A DNA stretch of 64,000 bases from Rickettsiales bacterium (GCA_031262525.1 JAISHM010000009.1:6583-70582), one strand, 5' to 3'; numbered from the stretch's first letter, positions 1 to 10,155 are shown. Program-made: numbers and translations. The notes: generated by a model not told the origin, from the sequence alone.

Positions 1-217
1 CCATACTGGAACTGCCCAGCCACACCCCATCAGATGTTGAAACCGTATCTGTTGAAACCTTGGCCTTTGGGCTGCGCGACATTTCAAAAGCATCGTGCGC
101 ATTTGTAAAATCAGTATCCACCGCGCCCGCAACCTGACGCGATTGTTCGCGCGCACAACCCGCCAAAAACACCACTGCTAAAACCAACAACAAATTTAAT
201 TTTAATATTTTTTTCAT
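1..217 (-). CDS. Lipoprotein, N-terminal part only; the gene runs off the window start
   Basis: The start codon is at 215-217 on the minus strand, preceded by a GAGAG Shine-Dalgarno-like motif. The N-terminus MKKILKLNLLLVLAVVFLAGCAREQ is a signal peptide with an LAGC lipobox. The reading frame stays open to position 1. Confidence 0.5.
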   Translation of the reverse strand, partial: MKKILKLNLLLVLAVVFLAGCAREQSRQVAGAVDTDFTNAHDAFEMSRSPKAKVSTDTVSTSDGVWLGSSSM

Positions 218-244
218 ATTTAATCTCTCTGCTTCGCGATTTTA

Positions 245-1006
245 TTATTCTTCATTGGTGGTTATTACCAACACACGATTTCCCTTGTAAAATTTTGCAT
301 ACGGCACAGGCATTGCGCGACTAAAATTACGAACCAGCCCACTGGCCACATCCATAAAACGCCCCTTGAACACCGCTGACGCCTGGACTGGATATTCACG
401 TGAAGTATTCCACACCAGGTCCCAACCTTCTTTATCCGCCCAGTCTTGTAAAACACTGCGTAATGTCTGACCCGACGCAACAACCCATGAACGCACAGAA
501 TCCGTCGCCGCGCGCACCTCTCCCGAATCGGATGACACAACATCAAATTCCGCATCGTCCGCACCAGACCCAAAATTATTATAAACCGCAATATCATGGT
601 CGCTGTATAATCCGCGCGGAACCCGATTTGATTTGGATACTGCCAAAACCGCACCGCCATCATCTTCCATCATTTCCATATGCATCAGTGGCATTTGCGC
701 GCTTGCATTTTCCATATTAAAACCACCAGATACTTGATATGGTTGGGTTAAATCTGCCCCACCCGACCAAAAGCCCGCATCACCACGCCCATTAAAATTG
801 TTTTCAATGACAACCTCGGCCTCTGTCTCGCCATCAATACGAACATTATCCGTCCGCACAACCGCACCGCCATCCATATTAAAACGCACATCAGCGGCAT
901 CACCAAATTCAGGCCACACACCTGCATCGGTTGTTGCACTATCAGATGCAAATACATATCCACACGCACATGCGAACATTACAAACATAAAAAATTTCCG
1001 GAACAT
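245..1006 (-). CDS. Secreted protein with a TcpQ-like C-terminal domain (type IVb pilus / T4SS accessory family)
   Basis: A 253 aa ORF with an N-terminal signal peptide (MFRKFFMFVMFACACGYVFASD). The C-terminal roughly 70 aa, GQTLRSVLQDWADKEGWDLVWNT...YKGNRVLVITT, resemble the conserved TcpQ-family motif; this is from memory, not a search. Confidence 0.4.
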   Translation of the reverse strand: MFRKFFMFVMFACACGYVFASDSATTDAGVWPEFGDAADVRFNMDGGAVVRTDNVRIDGETEAEVVIENNFNGRGDAGFWSGGADLTQPYQVSGGFNMENASAQMPLMHMEMMEDDGGAVLAVSKSNRVPRGLYSDHDIAVYNNFGSGADDAEFDVVSSDSGEVRAATDSVRSWVVASGQTLRSVLQDWADKEGWDLVWNTSREYPVQASAVFKGRFMDVASGLVRNFSRAMPVPYAKFYKGNRVLVITTNEE

Positions 1007-1133
1007 ATATTCTTCCTTTCCAATTGGTTATCCCTATTCTAGCAATTTTTACGAATCATCGTCAAGGATTAAAAATTATAGAAAGTATATTATTTTTATG
1101 TTAAAATCTGGCAAATAAATAAAAAGGCAAAAA

Positions 1134-1658
1134 ATGAGCGCTGAAATTTTACACTTTATAACAATCGGAATCTGTTTTATATCTTTTATTATGCTGATTT
1201 TTTTGTTTATAAAAAATAAAACCCTGACATCAAAAATAAATTATTTATCCACAGGGATTACAAAAATACAATCCTTGCTGCGCGCACGGGGCGCAACAAA
1301 CGCAATCGCCGAGAATACCGAAATTATTTACCAGGACCTGTTGCAACAACTGATATCAATTGCAAATGCCGCCGATATAAAACCACGCAATACGGCCGAG
1401 CATCCCCTGTGGCAAATCGCGGGCGCGATTATGGATGAATATGCAAAAAATCCGTATGTATTGGAACAAATTCGTCGTGCAATAAAACTGGACTCATCTG
1501 TGGCGCGCGCCGCAGAAATCTATAATAACCATGCAATGAAATTCTTGGAACATTTGGAAAGTGTAGATACAGATGGGTTATTGACATCTAGTTTCAGGGA
1601 TGGATTACTGGGTCAAACAATGACTTTACTGGCCCAGGCATTGGCACTGGCGGAATAA
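1134..1658 (+). CDS. Hypothetical membrane-anchored protein
   Basis: A 174 aa ORF with one N-terminal TM helix and an ATG start. It lies directly upstream of sufB and has no recognisable domain. Confidence 0.4.
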   Translation: MSAEILHFITIGICFISFIMLIFLFIKNKTLTSKINYLSTGITKIQSLLRARGATNAIAENTEIIYQDLLQQLISIANAADIKPRNTAEHPLWQIAGAIMDEYAKNPYVLEQIRRAIKLDSSVARAAEIYNNHAMKFLEHLESVDTDGLLTSSFRDGLLGQTMTLLAQALALAE

Positions 1659-1661
1659 TTT

Positions 1662-2960
1662 ATGGCATTGGACCAAAATACAATTTTGGAAATATCAGCG
1701 GCACGCAACGAACCAAAATGGCTTTGTGATTGGCGATTGGACGCGTTTTTCAAATGGCAAAAAATGACCGAGCCCCATTGGGCTGAAATAAATTACAAGG
1801 CACTGGATTATAACGCGATGAATTATTTTAATCGCGCAAGAAAAATAGATAATTCCGACCTGCGCGAAACATACGAAAAAATGGGACTACCCAAATCAGA
1901 ACAAGACGCGTTATTGGGGATGGCGACAGATTTAGTTGTTGATTCAACTTCGGTCAATACCAGTTATCGGACAGAGTTAGATAAACTGGGGATTATATTT
2001 TTACCTATGTCGGATGCAGTGCGACAATATCCGGACCTGGTAAAAAAATATCTGGGGTCTGTGGTATCAAATTCAGATAATTTTTTTGCAGCGTTAAATG
2101 CGGCGGTATTTTCAGATGGGACATTTGTTTATATTCCGAAAAATGTAAAGTGCCCGATTGACCTGGCCAGTTATTTCAGAATTGAGACTGCCAAAATTGG
2201 TCAGTTCGAAAGAACGCTAATAATCGCAGATACGGGCGCATCAGTTTCGTATTTAGAGGGTTGCAGCGCGCCGCGCCGACCAACCCATCAACTGCACAGC
2301 GGGGTCATAGAAGTTGTCGCTTTGGATAACGCTGAAATAAAATATTCAACGGTCCAGAACTGGGCGCCCAGCGTTTATAATTTTGTGACGAAACGAGCGC
2401 GCGCTGAAAATAATGCATCGGTATTTTGGACCCAGATAGAGGTAGGCAGCGGCAAGACTTGGAAATACCCATCAACTATTTTAATGGGCGAAAATTCGCG
2501 CAGTGATTTTTATTCCTTGGCGATAACACGCGGGGAACAACAGGCAGACACAGGCACAAAAATGATTCATATCGGAAATGGCTCGTCATCAAATATAGTG
2601 TCTTATGGAATTGCATTAGAAGATTCCAAACAAACTTTTCGCTCGTTGGTGTCGTTTTCGGAAAATACATCGGATGCAAAAAATGCGTCAAAGTGCGACA
2701 GCCGTATTATCGGAAACAATGCGGTCGCAAATACATTTCCAACAATTATCCATGGGAATGGAAGAAATAAACAATCGCACGAGGCATCAACCGGCGCAAT
2801 TGACCCGTCTGCCCTGCACTATTTGGAAATGGCGGGGATTGAAACGGACGCTGCGACTGCGTTGATTATAGGCGGCATGGCGGCGCCAGTGATAAACAGA
2901 TTACCAATGGAATTTTTGGTAGAAAGCAAACAACTGATACAAATGGCATTACAATGTTAG
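1662..2960 (+). CDS. sufB: Fe-S cluster assembly protein SufB
   Basis: It carries SufB-characteristic motifs: FRIETAKIGQFERT, YSTVQNW, and HEASTGAIDPSALHY (compare E. coli HEATTSRIGEDQLFY). At 432 aa it is a short form that lacks the N-terminal Cys-rich insert. Confidence 0.85.
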   Translation: MALDQNTILEISAARNEPKWLCDWRLDAFFKWQKMTEPHWAEINYKALDYNAMNYFNRARKIDNSDLRETYEKMGLPKSEQDALLGMATDLVVDSTSVNTSYRTELDKLGIIFLPMSDAVRQYPDLVKKYLGSVVSNSDNFFAALNAAVFSDGTFVYIPKNVKCPIDLASYFRIETAKIGQFERTLIIADTGASVSYLEGCSAPRRPTHQLHSGVIEVVALDNAEIKYSTVQNWAPSVYNFVTKRARAENNASVFWTQIEVGSGKTWKYPSTILMGENSRSDFYSLAITRGEQQADTGTKMIHIGNGSSSNIVSYGIALEDSKQTFRSLVSFSENTSDAKNASKCDSRIIGNNAVANTFPTIIHGNGRNKQSHEASTGAIDPSALHYLEMAGIETDAATALIIGGMAAPVINRLPMEFLVESKQLIQMALQC

Positions 2961-3631
2961 AAATAAAAAATTTAAGTGTAAATTTTGGCGACAAGCAATT
3001 ATTGCGCGATGTAAATTTATCTGTGGCGCGTGGGGCACGACATCTGTTACGCGGGCATAATGGTTCGGGAAAAACGACCCTGGTTATGACAATTGGCGGT
3101 GCACCAGAGTTTGAGATTACGAATGGCGAAATTATTTTTGATGGGAAAAAAATAAATAATGAAAACACAACCACGCGCGCGCTGATGGGAATTTTTACAG
3201 GTGCGCAAAATGTTCCAGAAATTCCGGGTTTAACAATAACTAGTTTTCTGAAACATTCGGCTGCGGCACATCATCACTTTGATACGGGACGCGACCTGTC
3301 TATGGGGGAATTTTTACAAAACTTAGAGTCTGCGCGCACGCGTTTGGATATACCAAAAGAATGGTTAAATCGTGGGATAAATGTTGGCTTTTCTGGTGGC
3401 GAACGTAAAAAAATAATGTTGTTGCAATTGCTGATGATACGCCCAAAGTTTGCAATTTTGGACGAGCCTGATTCCGGTGCAGACGCGGCTACCCAACAAC
3501 TGATTGCAGATATTATTACTGAAATGCCGGACACAACCTTTTTAATTATTTCGCACCAGGAAAAATTTGTGCAATTGCTGTCTCCGACCGAAATATCTGT
3601 TTTGTCGGGTGGTAAAAATATGATAGAATAA
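2954..3631 (+). CDS. sufC: Fe-S cluster assembly ATPase SufC
   Basis: An ABC ATPase with Walker A GHNGSGKTT, the signature FSGGERKK, and ILDEPDSG. It overlaps the sufB stop. Confidence 0.85.
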   Translation: MLEIKNLSVNFGDKQLLRDVNLSVARGARHLLRGHNGSGKTTLVMTIGGAPEFEITNGEIIFDGKKINNENTTTRALMGIFTGAQNVPEIPGLTITSFLKHSAAAHHHFDTGRDLSMGEFLQNLESARTRLDIPKEWLNRGINVGFSGGERKKIMLLQLLMIRPKFAILDEPDSGADAATQQLIADIITEMPDTTFLIISHQEKFVQLLSPTEISVLSGGKNMIE

Positions 3632-3654
3632 CATTATAGATAACGGAGAAAATT

Positions 3655-4572
3655 ATGGCAAAAACAACAAAAAAAGAATCAACACCAAAAACATTCATAT
3701 CAAAATGGATTCTGAATGCACCATTAAAATTTGCAATTTTAACAACTATATTTTTATGGGGATTGCCATGGTTGTCGGATATAATATTTGGTTCGTTCAT
3801 TAATATATCAACACTGGTTGCGTATATTATAACACTGATAACAACGATATTTATGCTGTCGCGATGGACACCAAATGACGCATTGGATAACAAAAGTTTT
3901 ATCGCATTAAACATATCGCAACTGCTATCTATATTTATTACAACGATGGCGATGGCATTACTATCTTTTGTAATTTTCCCAATACTTGGACAAAATGGTT
4001 ATATTATAATGGTCAGTGTAATTTTAATAACAATGATGATTTTGTTTATGTTTGCGAACCTGTTATTAAAGATAAAGACTTTGTTTTGTCGCGCACGAAA
4101 CCTGGGCATAGAAAAATGGAAATTATGGTTGTGTATCCCTTTTGGAATTGAATTATTATGGTTCCCCGGATTTTTATTAAATGACTCAAAAAAGCCAGTA
4201 TTGACAGCACGTGCGAAATGGCTGGGGCGTTTAACCGAGTGGGTTATAAAAAAGCCAGAAAATACATTTATGGCCGCGATGACGATTATCGTGCTGATTG
4301 GAATATTTTCATTAAAGTCATTATTATGGTCGATCCTGTTTATCGTATTGGCGGGGCTGTTATCTGTGATGATTATTCGCTCACGCGGGACTAAAACAAA
4401 CATCGGCGGAATTTATACATGGGGCGCGATGATATTGAATTTGTTGGTTATTGGGTTGTTGGTTTATGGATTTTATTTTGTATCCCAGCAAAAACCTGTT
4501 GTCATAGACGAACAAATTCAGATTACTGAAATTGTGCCAGACGCAACCACAGAACAACCAACACAAAAATAA
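3655..4572 (+). CDS. Hypothetical polytopic membrane protein
   Basis: A 305 aa ORF with more than six predicted TM helices and a GGAG Shine-Dalgarno motif 8 nt upstream of the ATG. No recognisable family. Confidence 0.4.
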   Translation: MAKTTKKESTPKTFISKWILNAPLKFAILTTIFLWGLPWLSDIIFGSFINISTLVAYIITLITTIFMLSRWTPNDALDNKSFIALNISQLLSIFITTMAMALLSFVIFPILGQNGYIIMVSVILITMMILFMFANLLLKIKTLFCRARNLGIEKWKLWLCIPFGIELLWFPGFLLNDSKKPVLTARAKWLGRLTEWVIKKPENTFMAAMTIIVLIGIFSLKSLLWSILFIVLAGLLSVMIIRSRGTKTNIGGIYTWGAMILNLLVIGLLVYGFYFVSQQKPVVIDEQIQITEIVPDATTEQPTQK

Positions 4573-4575
4573 ACG

Positions 4576-5616
4576 ATGAATGGAATTATAATTTTTCTGG
4601 GGATTTTGCTGATACTGGTCGTGGGTAAGTCTGTATTTATACCACTGATTGTTGCCGCATTTTTGTGGTATTTAACAAATTCTATATCCGCGTATTATCG
4701 CCGTGTTATGCCATTCGGTAAAAAGTTTTGCGACGCGTCGGGAACAATGTGTCTTATATTTGATTGGACGGCGTTCAGCGCTGCGATTGCGACATTATTG
4801 GGTTTGTTGTATATTTTTGTGGTCCAGATAAAGCCTATGTTTCGCGCAATCAGTGCCCAATTGCCGACGATACAAAATAACCTGTTTTCATTATCAACAT
4901 ATATTTCGGATACATTAAATATAAATATAAATCCGTCTGTGCTGCCTGACTTGGCGGGGTTAGCGGCGAATGTAGGAATGTCAATTGGTGGTGCTGTATT
5001 ATCATTTGGAATGATTTTAATTTATCTGTTGTTTATGTTTATTGAGCAAAGCAGTTTCAGAAATAAAATCGCGGCGATATTCCCAGACACAAAAAAGTTT
5101 CGGAAATGGTCATATATATTAAATTCAATAAATACAAATATGAAAAAATATCTGTTTATGAAAACATCGGTCAGCGTGGCAACTGCTCTGCTGTCTTATT
5201 TTTGGTTAAAATATCTGGGGCTGGAATTTGCGGGTGTTTGGGCATTTGTGGTGTTTATTATGAATTATATTCCGACATTTGGCGCGATAATATCAACGGC
5301 GATGCCGATATTATATGCGGTTGCGACAATCCCAGGGTTGCAAATGCCGATTCTGATTTTAATTGGGCTGGTTTTAATTCAGATATTGCTGTCCAATATC
5401 ATAGAGCCTAAATTGACCGGCGACACATTGAATCTAAGTACCTTGGCGATTTTGATAAATTTGGTATTTTGGGGAATGATATGGGGCGCGGCAGGAATGT
5501 TTTTCAGCGTGCCGTTATTGGTTGCGACATTTGTAATTACGGCGCAATTTGATAGAACGCGATGGATTGCGGTCTTGCTATCTGCGGACGGAAAAATCCC
5601 GGATAAGGAAGAATAA
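4576..5616 (+). CDS. AI-2E (PerM/UPF0118)-like transporter family membrane protein
   Basis: A 346 aa ORF with about eight TM helices and topology typical of AI-2E transporters. The assignment rests on overall pattern, not a specific motif. Confidence 0.4.
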   Translation: MNGIIIFLGILLILVVGKSVFIPLIVAAFLWYLTNSISAYYRRVMPFGKKFCDASGTMCLIFDWTAFSAAIATLLGLLYIFVVQIKPMFRAISAQLPTIQNNLFSLSTYISDTLNININPSVLPDLAGLAANVGMSIGGAVLSFGMILIYLLFMFIEQSSFRNKIAAIFPDTKKFRKWSYILNSINTNMKKYLFMKTSVSVATALLSYFWLKYLGLEFAGVWAFVVFIMNYIPTFGAIISTAMPILYAVATIPGLQMPILILIGLVLIQILLSNIIEPKLTGDTLNLSTLAILINLVFWGMIWGAAGMFFSVPLLVATFVITAQFDRTRWIAVLLSADGKIPDKEE

Positions 5617-5640
5617 AAACTTTAAAGAAGAGAGAAAGAA

Positions 5641-6204
5641 ATGAAAGCCAGAACCAAAATAGACACATCTATAAAATTTCGTTTATTAAAAATAGTCCTG
5701 ATATGCGCGGGATTGGTTGGCGCATATTTTATTGGACATTCAACAAAAATCCAACAAAACTATCCAAAACCACGGGATACATCTATTGGGACAATGCCAT
5801 TACCAACAGATACATGTGATGCGATTGAACAAATTTTAATTGGAAAATTAACCCCAGAAGACATCAGAAATTCAGACATACAAACATATTTCAATAACAC
5901 CGAAATTTATAACACCTTATTTAAAAACGGATGTGATAACAACAAAGACACTTGGCGAGATTATGCAATTAGAAATATGGACATTGCAAAGGGGCTATTA
6001 CCATTATATGGAGCCAGGCCAGATTATTGTTATTTGGCACAATCATATTATAACATCGGAATTTATGACAAGGCATTATCCATAACCAAAATGCCAGGAT
6101 TTGATAAAAATTATTGCCCAGAAGATATACAAAAACTGATTGAACGGATGAATCCGACCCCAATAACCCATACGCCAGAAACTGATATTATTACAAATGA
6201 ATAA
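5641..6204 (+). CDS. Hypothetical protein with an N-terminal TM or signal anchor
   Basis: A 187 aa ORF with an N-terminal hydrophobic segment, ending at the terminator at 6208. Confidence 0.4.
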   Translation: MKARTKIDTSIKFRLLKIVLICAGLVGAYFIGHSTKIQQNYPKPRDTSIGTMPLPTDTCDAIEQILIGKLTPEDIRNSDIQTYFNNTEIYNTLFKNGCDNNKDTWRDYAIRNMDIAKGLLPLYGARPDYCYLAQSYYNIGIYDKALSITKMPGFDKNYCPEDIQKLIERMNPTPITHTPETDIITNE

Positions 6205-6207
6205 AAA

Positions 6208-6232
6208 TGCGGGAAAACCCGCATTTTTTTTA
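6208..6232. terminator. Rho-independent terminator, bidirectional
   Basis: The hairpin TGCGGGAAAACCCGCA is followed by a T8 run, and the opposite strand is also T-rich. It sits between convergent genes. Confidence 0.6.
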
Positions 6233-6233
6233 T

Positions 6234-6560
6234 TTATTTAACAGGTTCTGAAATACTTTTAACCCATTTATCATTACCGGCGTGGCATAATGCAATAATA
6301 AAATCTATGAATGACCATATTCCTGTTACGATTATTCCAATCAAAGTTATTGTTAAAATAGTCATCGCAATACCCTGCCCTATTTTTCCAATATAATATT
6401 TATGCGCTCCAAAAACCCCCAGAAACCACAATAATATAAAATAAACCCACCATTGTTTTTTATTAGAATTTGCTTTATTACTTGGGCAGCCACAATACGG
6501 ACATTGGTTTGCTTTATCACTAATTTTTTTACCACACTCTGAACAAAAAATCATCGCCAT
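6234..6560 (-). CDS. Zinc-ribbon / TM2-domain membrane protein
   Basis: The N-terminus CSECGKK...CPYCGC is a zinc ribbon. Two TM helices carrying the GVFGAHKYYIG motif are typical of the TM2 domain. Confidence 0.55.
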   Translation of the reverse strand: MAMIFCSECGKKISDKANQCPYCGCPSNKANSNKKQWWVYFILLWFLGVFGAHKYYIGKIGQGIAMTILTITLIGIIVTGIWSFIDFIIALCHAGNDKWVKSISEPVK

Positions 6561-6670
6561 CTTAAATTCCTTTATAAAATAAATTTATATGCGGCAGATA
6601 CGATGTTTTGGGTGGTCCGACGTGTATAAAAATACAACACAAACCACTATCACCAACCACCATCACTAAT

Positions 6671-8614
6671 TTATTGTCCTGTCTGCCAATTACGCAACTC
6701 TTCTACACCCATATCCCACAGGCAGTTTTCACGAATTGCTGTTGAACTTTTGGAAACTGATGGGTCGAAACTGGGGTCGCGTCCCGCATCCCCGCCCGAT
6801 ACACCACGCAATATCTCGTTCAATGTCACGACATTACGACATGTGTTTTGGCTGGCGTCTTGTGAATTATCGCAGTCATCCGAATCCAAAACATCTATGA
6901 CTTTTTTAATTCCATTACCCGAATTACAAACCATTGCTTTATAACAACTGGGAACATTCAATGTCTGGGCGCAATATGTTTTTACACGCGTCGTGGTCCA
7001 AGACGGATTGGATTTTTCCTGGGTGTTATAGCAATCCCAAACCTCGCTGATACAGGTGTTAAAATCGGTCAGTGCCGCAGTCGCCGCATCCGAGATATTT
7101 TGTGCCTTTTCCTGGGCAAATTCCAATCTCTTTTGTTGCAGCGCTTGTGTCGCTGCAATTTTGCTGTATGCCATATTTGTTGCCTGGGTCTTTAATGCTT
7201 CGCCATATACATCACAATCAGCATTCGCGTCCAGCGCATATTTCTGAATCACACTGCGCCGCGCATCCGCCACAGGGGTGCGTAAATTACTGTATGGGTC
7301 GCCACTGGTTGAAGTGTATCCAAAACAAACCGCATTCGCAGTTGATGAATTGCTTGGGTTCGTCACAGATATATCCCCACCATCACCAGACACACTGATT
7401 TTATCGTTATAGTTATACGGTTTGTTATTAGAGCATGTTTCATAAATTCCATTAAAGCACGAATTTAACACCCGATTACAAACATTGTTATGCGCATACG
7501 CAAACAGGTCATACCCCCACATTGACGCCAAAGTATCCGCCGACGTTGTTGTAGCATCGGCAAAGATATTTCCCGTTCCGTCTAATTGTCCAACGATTTG
7601 ACCAACATTCATAAACGAACTATATAAATTATTGTTATTATCGGTCGTGATAACATTCACCTTGTCAATCGCGCTGGCGTATGTTTCCAGATTTGCCAAA
7701 ATATCAGAATCTGTCCCATTCAACACATTCATCCAATTACTTCCCCCCAGAACAAAGTCATCACTGGCGCAATACTGATTTACGAACGCAGGCGTTGATG
7801 TATAGTTATCACACTCGGTCGTTCCAGCCAACAAAGTATGCGACGAACACCATTCATTCTTTGCGGTTTGGGAACCGACTGCCACCGCATCGCGCCACGA
7901 CATACAATTCATAACCTTTTCCGCGTCGGTCAACGACATAGCGTCCGCGACACTTTCGCCCTTACTCAGAACCAGCAAAGACAATTGACCCGAAACTTTT
8001 AACAAATCTTCCTTGGCGGTTTGTAATTGCGCCTCGACATTAGAGAATGTTTTAACACGTCCCGCGCACGCGCAACGGCGTTGCGACGCGTTTCGCGCCG
8101 TGCAAATTTCATCCATACATGCGTAATAAGACGACATGCAATTGCTGTATGCATCTGCCGAAATCAAACCCGTTGTTGGGTCAACGATATTTGAATAAGT
8201 TCCCGTGTATAACGCCGACGACAATCCCGCACTGGACGATACACTGGCACGCAAACTGCCCGAGCCAACCGATACACGCGCCGCAGTCGCATTCGGAGAA
8301 ACACCCGTTCGCGCCCGCACCGCACGCGACTGGTTTGTTGTCCGTGATGCGTTAGAGCGTTGGGACACTGCACGCGATGATTGAGTTTGACTTTGCGCGC
8401 TTCCGCGTGACGCTGTCGCGCGCGTTGAAACATTACGCGTTGGTGTTTGGGTTGCGGCCTTGGATACACTGCGCGAATTTTGCGATGCGCGCGGTGACGA
8501 GCGTCCCGAAGTTGCCGTCTGGACATTGTTGCCATACCCCGCAATTGGGTCAGCAACTGCCGGCGCGAAACAAATGCAAGCGAATAACGCGATAAACGCA
8601 ATACGAATTTTCAT
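6671..8614 (-). CDS. Large secreted cysteine-rich protein with a Ser/Thr/Arg-rich low-complexity linker
   Basis: A 647 aa ORF with a signal peptide (MKIRIAFIALFACICFAPAVA). It has an S/T/R/A-rich region of about 100 aa and more than 30 Cys in the C-terminal two thirds. Confidence 0.55.
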   Translation of the reverse strand: MKIRIAFIALFACICFAPAVADPIAGYGNNVQTATSGRSSPRASQNSRSVSKAATQTPTRNVSTRATASRGSAQSQTQSSRAVSQRSNASRTTNQSRAVRARTGVSPNATAARVSVGSGSLRASVSSSAGLSSALYTGTYSNIVDPTTGLISADAYSNCMSSYYACMDEICTARNASQRRCACAGRVKTFSNVEAQLQTAKEDLLKVSGQLSLLVLSKGESVADAMSLTDAEKVMNCMSWRDAVAVGSQTAKNEWCSSHTLLAGTTECDNYTSTPAFVNQYCASDDFVLGGSNWMNVLNGTDSDILANLETYASAIDKVNVITTDNNNNLYSSFMNVGQIVGQLDGTGNIFADATTTSADTLASMWGYDLFAYAHNNVCNRVLNSCFNGIYETCSNNKPYNYNDKISVSGDGGDISVTNPSNSSTANAVCFGYTSTSGDPYSNLRTPVADARRSVIQKYALDANADCDVYGEALKTQATNMAYSKIAATQALQQKRLEFAQEKAQNISDAATAALTDFNTCISEVWDCYNTQEKSNPSWTTTRVKTYCAQTLNVPSCYKAMVCNSGNGIKKVIDVLDSDDCDNSQDASQNTCRNVVTLNEILRGVSGGDAGRDPSFDPSVSKSSTAIRENCLWDMGVEELRNWQTGQ

Positions 8615-8693
8615 TGAAATTCCTTCCCTTTTTCTATCTTATCATAAATTATAGCATAAAGTTTTACACCCTGACAAGGATTATTTAATATAG

Positions 8694-8855
8694 TTATCGT
8701 TGCTCTGATTCCAGCATTTTTTGTTTCTTTTTATACGCAATAAACATCGGACATTTTTGCTGTTCGCACATCATTGAAAAAAAGTTGCAATCCTCGCACG
8801 GGATTTTTATTTTTGGATTTGGCTCCCATTTCGGCAAAAAACAAACATCGCTCAT
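8694..8855 (-). CDS. Small 53 aa Cys-containing protein (hypothetical)
   Basis: It is not in the ORF track because it is under 60 aa. The ATG is at 8853-8855 on the minus strand, with AAGAGGA 8 nt upstream. Translation gives MSDVCFLPKWEPNPKIKIPCEDCNFFSMMCEQQKCPMFIAYKKKQKMLESEQR. Confidence 0.3.
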   Translation of the reverse strand: MSDVCFLPKWEPNPKIKIPCEDCNFFSMMCEQQKCPMFIAYKKKQKMLESEQR

Positions 8856-8923
8856 TTTTTATTTCCTCTTACATCGAATCATAAACACATTTTTTCCAAA
8901 ATTCACTAGGAACGAGTTCGGAT

Positions 8924-8957
8924 AAAAAAAACGCGGGCAACCCCGCGTTTTTTTTTT
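8924..8957. terminator. Rho-independent terminator immediately downstream of dnaJ, bidirectional
   Basis: An A7 run, then the hairpin ACGCGGGCAACCCCGCGT, then a T10 run. Confidence 0.65.
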
Positions 8958-10080
8958 ATAACCAACCCTTTTTCTTTTTCGGCGCGCCGTCTGAAAATTC
9001 CGCCAGAGCCTTTTTTTGCTTTTCGGTCAGTTTAGTTGGCACCGATGTTGAAACCTGTATAAATAAATCGCCACCTGGGAAACCGCGTCCGCGCACACGT
9101 AATCTTTCGCCTACTTGCGTTCCAGATGGAATTTTTACATCCAGTTTTTTATCGTCAATCGTATCAAATTCAATTTCCCCACCCAGCGCCAGTGTCGTAA
9201 AAGGCACATCTGCCGCCGCATACAAATCACGACCACGACGCGCAAAACGATTGTCCGACCGAATATGAATATCTACAAAAAAATCCCCCGCTGCGCCGCC
9301 CAGCATCCCAGCCTCGCCCATACCACTGAACCGCATCCGCGTACCATTCTCTATACCAGCGGGTATTTCAACCTTTAATTCCCGGCGTTCTTGCACAATG
9401 CCAGTACCATCGCATTTACTACATTTCTTTTTTATAATCCTCCCCAGACCCGAACACTCTGGACAAACTGATTCCGTCATAAACAGACCGCGTCGCGTCC
9501 GCACGCGTCCCGACCCATCACAGGTTGGACATACTGGTGCAGGTTTTCCATCATCTGTCCCATTGCCATTGCACTTATCACATTTTACATTTGTGGTATA
9601 TTTTATTGTCTCAACCTTACCCAGATATGCTTCCTTTAATGAAATTGTAATCTCGTGCAGCATATCACGCCCTGCCCCACCAGCCGTCGCCACATCATCA
9701 TCAAAACCAAATCCGCCCCCGCCGCCAAAGCCAAATGACTTCATTGCTTCTTTTAATATGTCGTCCATACCACCGCCCATATCAAAATGAAACGCGCCAC
9801 CACCCATATTACCAAACGGATTGCCACTACCAAATCCCGCAGACGACGCAGAACCACCACCGAACGCCGCATCGCCAAATTGGTCGTATGCCGCGCGCTT
9901 TTGCGGGTCTTTTAAGACATCAAATGCATTATTGATTTCCTTGAACTTTTCTTCGGCGCCTTTATCCCCCTGATTCTTATCAGGATGATACTTCATAACC
10001 AATTTATGGTATGCGCGTTTAATGTCGGCATCTGATGCGTTTTTCGCCACGCCCAAAATTTCATAAGGATTTTTATTCAT
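8956..10080 (-). CDS. dnaJ: Molecular chaperone DnaJ
   Basis: It has a J-domain (YEILGV...HPDKN), a G/F-rich region, and four CxxCxGxG zinc-finger repeats. Confidence 0.9.
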   Translation of the reverse strand: MNKNPYEILGVAKNASDADIKRAYHKLVMKYHPDKNQGDKGAEEKFKEINNAFDVLKDPQKRAAYDQFGDAAFGGGSASSAGFGSGNPFGNMGGGAFHFDMGGGMDDILKEAMKSFGFGGGGGFGFDDDVATAGGAGRDMLHEITISLKEAYLGKVETIKYTTNVKCDKCNGNGTDDGKPAPVCPTCDGSGRVRTRRGLFMTESVCPECSGLGRIIKKKCSKCDGTGIVQERRELKVEIPAGIENGTRMRFSGMGEAGMLGGAAGDFFVDIHIRSDNRFARRGRDLYAAADVPFTTLALGGEIEFDTIDDKKLDVKIPSGTQVGERLRVRGRGFPGGDLFIQVSTSVPTKLTEKQKKALAEFSDGAPKKKKGWL

Positions 10081-10155
10081 AAATTAAAATATAGCGCAAC
10101 GACAAAAAAAATCAAGCACTTGAAATCTTTTTATTTTTGGGTTAGTATGCGACCT

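Noticed and set aside
265-1118. ORFs 265..663(-), 400..720(+), 748..969(-) and 798..1118(+) overlapping the TcpQ-like gene
   Set aside because: They are shadow ORFs with no signal or domain features, nested in a better-supported CDS.
1134-1658. Possibility that the 174 aa ORF is a frameshifted N-terminus of SufB
   Set aside because: It has a TM helix and no similarity to the SufB N-terminal region. SufB homology starts cleanly at 1662.
10120-10155. TTG start of parE and the 14505..14555 N-terminal extension of ruvX
   Set aside because: The extensions are non-homologous to family N-termini. The ruvX extension would overlap the divergent gatB start. Internal ATG starts are preferred.
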